Assembly: GCA_043228905.1 (NCBI GenBank)
Contig: JBHGNT010000021.1
Span: 3,410,001 to 3,474,000 of the forward strand
Source: Azolla caroliniana
Lineage: Eukaryota > Plantae > Polypodiophyta
Reading direction: 5' to 3'
Length of the DNA stretch: 64,000 nt
Shown here: positions 58,206 through 64,000 of the stretch, piece after piece
How the letters are laid out: each line of letters starts with the position of its first letter
Numbering within the stretch: the stretch's first letter is position 1
Position numbers and translations under genes: made by a program
The notes under the pieces: generated by a model
Databases searched by the model: none
Told to the model about the DNA's origin: nothing
The model's input: only the letters and a program-made list of their open reading frames with translations

Positions 58206-60449
58206 CCTCCGCCAGGCCAGTTGGCATCGCTCCTGAGGACCAAATCTCCTTAATCCTAGCTTCCACTGATGGGATAACAGTTTCCCAATGAATCTCAAAA
58301 AAAACTCGTGAGAGACCATCAGGGCCGGGGTATGCTCCTCTCCACAAATCCCTAAGTGCCTCCGAGAGTTCTAATCGAGAAAATTTGGGGCTATCGAGCA
58401 CAACTTCCATCTCATGGGTGACCTTGGGGTGAATGCAAGCCATCACTCTCTCAGCCAGCTCCGTTTTTTGCCGCATATGCATAGGTGCGAGCAAGTCATG
58501 ATAGTAGTATTGTGTTACCATATGCAGAATCTCATCCTTGTCCTCCGTTATTGAGCCGTCTGGTTTGCACAGCCCTTGTATATGTCCACCACCACCCTTG
58601 GGTGCGCTGGAGTGAAAGCAATGACGGTTGTTGTACCATGTATATTACATTTATTACCTCCTTCACCATATCCTTCTTCTTACCATACTGATTCTCCCAT
58701 TTTGAGAGCCTCTACCATTTCAAGTGGGGTATTAATACCTTTTATGGGTTGTCTGCCATAAAATAACCTAACATTTTGCACCAAAAACAATGTCACACAA
58801 ATGTACGCCATTTAAGCATAAGACACCAATGTGGAAGGTTCCATGATTGTGAAAAAGAGGGATTTCACACTACTAACTTCTAAGGGTTGTTCCAAGAGTT
58901 TACTGTAAAATGTTTCAAATATGAAGAGCAACTTAAAGATAGGCCAATTGTTAGAATATCATCAAATCAAGGTGGAACTCTGGCCACATTTTAAAAAATA
59001 ATAAAAGTATCCTAAATAAATAAATAAAGTTTAAAAAGTACATAACTTTTAGTAGAGAGCGTGTTAAGGTTTATACGTAAGTTCAAAGCACACAAAACAT
59101 GGCATTTTCATATTCTCATTCACATATGCATGTAGTGCACAGATAGTACCAAATGTTTCAAATAGCTATCCTCATCTTATTGATGAGATTATTAGTTCCC
59201 TAATGAGCACCCACTTTTGGCATTTGCATTGATTGATACCTAGAATATTACAATGCTGACAAACAAGTATGTAAAATTTCCACCCAAATTACTACACGTC
59301 ACCTAGGTCATGGACATTTTGTCATGTGTACAAATTCAATGTAAATGACTTTTGGCTAATTCCTAAGATTCATAAAAGTGGTGCTCATTTCTTACTTTCC
59401 TACATGAAACAAGATACCATGGTTGTACCCCAAATCTTGTTTCTTTTTATCAAGAAAATGATTTATTAATGTAGTAAAGCATGAGTATAGGACAATGCAA
59501 GTAAGGATGTAAGATATTTTTATGCTAAGGAATACCTTTGCTTTGTGTAGAACACATTCTATAGCTTTGGAAATGGATGGTGCACAAGTCGATATAGAAG
59601 CTAAAAAGGAAGAGACCTAGGAAGAAATGTCTAATGTGTCACTTATGCTAAGATTGAGTGACAATGGAGAGAAACAATCTAGCACCCAAGGGAATCCTAG
59701 TAAGTTTGGGAGATAGTACAGACAAACACAACATGAGAGAGAGGAGGTGAGGACCTAGAGAAGGGAGGATGTCCTTATCCTTTTAATGATGCTACACTTT
59801 TGCCTACTACTTGCTACTCCCTACAAACACCGACCCATATGGCTATATATCGGCAAGCAGTGAACCCATCCCTATTGCCACCAATGTCCATGGATTGCTT
59901 CTAGTAGTATGCCAAGGTTGAGTTCCATGCATAAAATAATAGAAATTGATTAGAATGATATACCATTTTTTACTAAAAGACATGTTTCTATAAAACAAAA
60001 TTCTTTTTCTAGGAAATTGTGTGAAAATGCGAGGAGTTGGTGGGCCAACAAACATGAAGATGAATTTTGTGGTGAGGAGAATTCCATCTTTTCCGTAGTC
60101 GAGTTGTATCATAGTTATGACTAGTGACGTTGTAGGAATGTACGATGATGGTTTGAATTGAACTCTTTTCACAACATAGTATGATATTAAAACAATGTGA
60201 TAATGCACAAAAACCTTGTTGTCCCTACAATAGTAAGCATCTTATGGCAAGGTATACCCGCTAGTGTGTTGTAAGACTAGGTGACATAAAGGCAACTTTT
60301 TTAAGGACAATATACCCCATAGAACTTAATCTCACTTTCTATTACATATGTTGCACTCACGTATACATCCTAGAACCTATCCCCTTCTTCATCATTTGCC
60401 CCACTACATTAATTGTACATTCTCACAAATGTGAGATGGGGTGTTGGGG

Positions 60450-60559
60450 CACTAATAAGGAAATTCATTAACAATGCATGTTTAACTCCAACCATAGTTT
60501 ATTGACACTAATAAGGGGATTCATTGACTATGCATGTTTAGCTCCAACCATAGTTTATT
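60450..60559. repeat. 56-bp period tandem duplication
   Basis: CACTAATAAGG...TGCATGTTTA.CTCCAACCATAGTTTATT at 60450 and 60506. Confidence 0.85.
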
Positions 60560-62632
60560 CTACTATACTTAACCTCTATCACATTTGAGTTCTAGCTCCC
60601 CAAAATTTCAGCCTTGATCTCTCTAACATTTCTCTCATAGTAATACTGTGCACTCTAAATTGCAAGCCAATCACGAACGCCATACGCACTACGTGAAAAT
60701 GTTTCACTTTGGTCTCATTGGTCATTTCTAACCTGTTGTGGCATTACCAAAGTCTCAATCTTGACCATGGACCTGGCCTCATCTTGTACATCACAATTCT
60801 CTTGTTCCCCTCTCCCTCTCTCACTTGAAAATGTTATATTTTTTGTCTCATTCTTCATATTTGACCCTATATACGATAATAAAATCTCTCTATATATATA
60901 ACTTAAACATACAGTTATATTAATTGTGTGTGTTAACATAGGTGACACATTGCTACAACTTTCCACGAAACATTATTACAACTAATTCACTATCATTGTT
61001 TACATAGGTAATGAGACACATTGAAGAGCCAATAGCCATGAACCATGAAAGTGGTGTGCATGTCCAACATATAAAGCGATCCCCAATACCTACAACATAA
61101 AATCAAACTCCATCACTAATTTTAGGTTGGGTTGTTCTACCTTGCTTTACAACACATGAATGTTTTAATGAGTCTTTTTAAGCTAAGCAGAGATGAGAAG
61201 GATAACGTTTTGTATGTATTTCTAACTCGAGATTTTCAGGAGTAGAAAAAACAGGTTGTTGCATTAAAATGCATATCTTCTAATGGAAAACATTGTTGTG
61301 ATCTTGCTATACCATTCTTCCTTCTTAATGGTGATTTAAGATCAGATCAGTTGACATGTTAGAATTCATGCATTTAACATCTAATATAGGATTACTTTTG
61401 TTGGATAATAAGGGCAAGCTTGAAGTTGAACCAAAGATGATAGTTCTCCTACACATCTTAAGCAGTATTTGTTCTTGGCAGCAGTGATGAACATTGATAT
61501 TAAATCTAGAACAACATCTCTTTCGGTGATGAACATTGAGATTGATGCTAACATTTACCTTTGGTCCTTTCTCGGATGATCTATACTAGTTGAGATGGAA
61601 AATATTATAGACTATTTGTATATTGGCTTTGGCCACTTTAATTTTAATACCAATGGAGGATATTTTTAAATAATTAATTAATTAATTTAGGTTGGGTTGT
61701 ATAAATTGTGCAGATACCCTCTTTCTCTTTCTCTCGTGTACTAGATGGTTAGAGATATTAATTAACTTGTAGGCCTTGGGTTAGAGATCCACACATATCT
61801 ATATTTCACTAGATAGTCATAGATATTTAGGTGTTGAACATAGTACTCAAGCATTTGGTATTCTAATGGTGCCCAAGACGTTGCTATACAATGATATCCA
61901 CCACCTACATGTGTACACAAACATGCTAGGTATACCTTGTTGGTTTTAAGCGTAGGAATTAGGGAATGAGGTATCCTAGCAAGCAAAAGATTGTGGGACT
62001 TTTCTATGCAGTTGTATCTTTTTTTCATGAGCAAGCTTGCAATCTCGATTGTGTATCAAACTTAGATGTTTCCAAATCTTGAAGTTAGAGTCGGCAAGCA
62101 TAAAACAATAGAAAATTAGCACTCCAATTAAGAATTAGACATGCACACACAAAAGTGATAATTGAAACACCCCCACCCCTACCCCCCTCTCACTTTATCA
62201 TTCCAAGTGTCAATGTCATTTTCTCTCCTTCTCTCACTTTCCAGCCTCTATCTTTCCGAATGGCATTTTGAACAGATTCATTATTAATGAATCCATTCCC
62301 TCACACACATATATACTAAAAAAAGATTGGAATTTGGCATTGAGAATACAATTGCTTTTTCATGATTAGCTCTCTCACACCCAATTATACTTTAATCCAC
62401 GCACAATTAGATATAAGATGGTTCGATGCATGGGGTCGGCAGCACTCTCTCACTCTCATTGCCATTCATGTTGCACCTCATGATTAAGAAAATGAATTGA
62501 ATGGCAAATACAAAGGTTGCCTTATCATTAAATCTCAAAAGCATCTTAGGTTTACAAAAAATCTCTCGCCTACTTATTTTTATTGTATTTAAGGGAGCTT
62601 CACTTTAAAGGTTCCTTTTTACATAGTGGATC

Positions 62633-62634
<2 letters not shown>

Positions 62635-62683
<49 letters not shown>

Positions 62684-62742
62684 ACGTTTGCTTTTGTCAC
62701 ATAATAAGACAAAATCAATCTCTCTCTCTCTCTCTCTCTCTC
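62635..62742. repeat. (GA)n and inverted (TC)n tracts (GAGA elements) in the GA3ox-like promoter
   Basis: AG run at 62635-62678 and TC run at 62719-62742. Confidence 0.9.
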
Positions 62743-62924
62743 CCATCCCCAAGGTTCCAAACCCTTCAAATTCTTTTTATGCTTTCTTTTTGTAGCCCTT
62801 GTTTTCTTCCTTGCACATCATTGCCTCTAGAAATTCTACATACTCACTTGGGTTGGTTGGTTTGTTTGTTTCTCAAGTGCCAATCCTTATTCTAATCTCT
62901 CCTCCCCCCTTCCCCCCAAGGGCC

Positions 62925-62931
62925 TATAAAA
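62925..62931 (+). promoter_or_regulatory. Candidate TATA box of the GA3ox-like gene
   Basis: CCTATAAAAA about 160 bp upstream of the ATG. Confidence 0.55.
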
Positions 62932-63087
62932 ATGCAAACACTCATTAAAGAGGAATCAGCTTATTGGTGCTTCACTTCCTTCATCTCTAGTCTTGCTTCT
63001 TTCTTCCAATACAACTGATCCCCCCTCCCAATACTTACCCCTTGTAAGACAACTTACTTTCCAAGTGTTTATCCTTTTTCTATAAGA

Positions 63088-64000
63088 ATGTCCACCACTT
63101 TGCTTTCTCGCCCAACCCCATCTCCATCCCCCTTCCCCTTCCATCAACCTCCTAAGTCATCATTCTTAGATCCAGATCCAAATCAAATTTACTCAATTCC
63201 AATTGACACCTTACCCAACTCATATATTTGGCCCGAGCAAGATAGACCTTCATGCATCCATGAAGATACATATCAATCCCCATCAAATATTCAAATACCC
63301 ATCATTGATATGAACGAGGGAGACACGTGTTCAATCATTGAGAAGCTTACTGATGCTTGTGAGAAATGGGGCATTTTCTATGTAACAAACCATGGTGTCC
63401 CCCCCAATTTAATAAACACAATGAGGGAGAAATCAATGAAGCTCTTTTCTCTTCCACTTGACATGAAAATGAGGGCTCTTAGAAAGGATGAAACTTTTGA
63501 AGGATATGGTAAGCCAGTAATTGCAAAATTCTTTAAGAAGCTCATGTGGGTTGAGGGCTTCACTATGATGGGACATCCTAGCTCATCTATAGTTGATACC
63601 ACAAATAGAATTTGTGGAGGAGAAGACAATGAATTCAGGTGTGCAATATGTTAAATGAATATATTTGTGTCCATGTAACAAACTTACAAAAACTCTTATA
63701 TGGATGGTTGAACATTAAAAAAACCTTCAATAACACAAATGTAGGTGATTTTTAGTATTGCGCTAAAACAACTTCCTTTTTTTATCAATAAAATTGGCAT
63801 ATGGGTATTAAAATCTATTATAAGGTCAGCATTGGTTGAAAGAAGTCATATGGTAGTACAAGTGAAATCATTTAAGATGTAACTTAACAATTATCCAAAT
63901 GGTCATTTATGTTGTTTGCTTTCTCTTAACTTTAATAAGTAAAACATTCTTATCTTTTGCCTATAGGGAAACATTTGAAGACTATGATGTTGCAATGAAA
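63088..64000 (+). CDS. GA3ox: 2-oxoglutarate/Fe(II) dioxygenase, gibberellin 3-oxidase-like; exon 1 at 63088-63638, exon 2 from 63967 (continues beyond the window)
   Basis: DIOX_N motifs LPNSYIWP, IPIID and ACEKWGIFYVTNHGV; EGYGKPVIAKFFKKLMWVEGFT matches the GA3ox-typical GYG..I..FF.K.MWSEGFT; a phase-2 GT-AG intron restores FRETFEDYDVAMK. Confidence 0.8.

Larger units (their letters stand above)
54710..58629 (-). mobile_element. 5'-truncated, degenerate L1/Tx1-type LINE containing a solo LTR and an internal duplication
   Basis: PGPDGL, LDFEKAYDRV, RQGCPLAPYL, KYADD, CPLCHSPIETLRHC and WNYQPPRW; T-rich tail ending at 54721; probable TSD at 54693-54709 vs 58630-58646 (15/17 identical). Confidence 0.9.

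Overview
Eukaryotic nuclear DNA from a land plant. The TE families and gene style suggest a non-seed plant such as a fern, which is inference only. Three host genes are present, all on the + strand: a 10-exon PB1-domain B4 Raf-like kinase (10501-18602), an intronless plastid-targeted EGY/M50-like membrane protein lacking the catalytic motifs (19952-22186), and the 5' part of a GA3-oxidase-like 2-oxoglutarate dioxygenase (63088 to window end). The rest is dominated by retroelements. These include a near-intact Ty3/gypsy chromovirus (1-6606, -), four related L1/Tx1-type LINEs (one full-length and split by a young Ty1/copia with a CAGAA TSD), a 1.5-kb internally deleted LTR element with a tRNA-Ala PBS and 4-bp TSD, solo LTRs, degenerate remnants and microsatellites. 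The most notable observations are: the EGY-like pseudoprotease; a TAATGG motif 16-18 nt before the A-tail in all four LINEs; a duplicated PPT flanking an in-frame acidic extension in the copia; a stem-loop array in the gypsy leader; and a duplicated micro-exon in the kinase. All calls were made by eye, without database searches.
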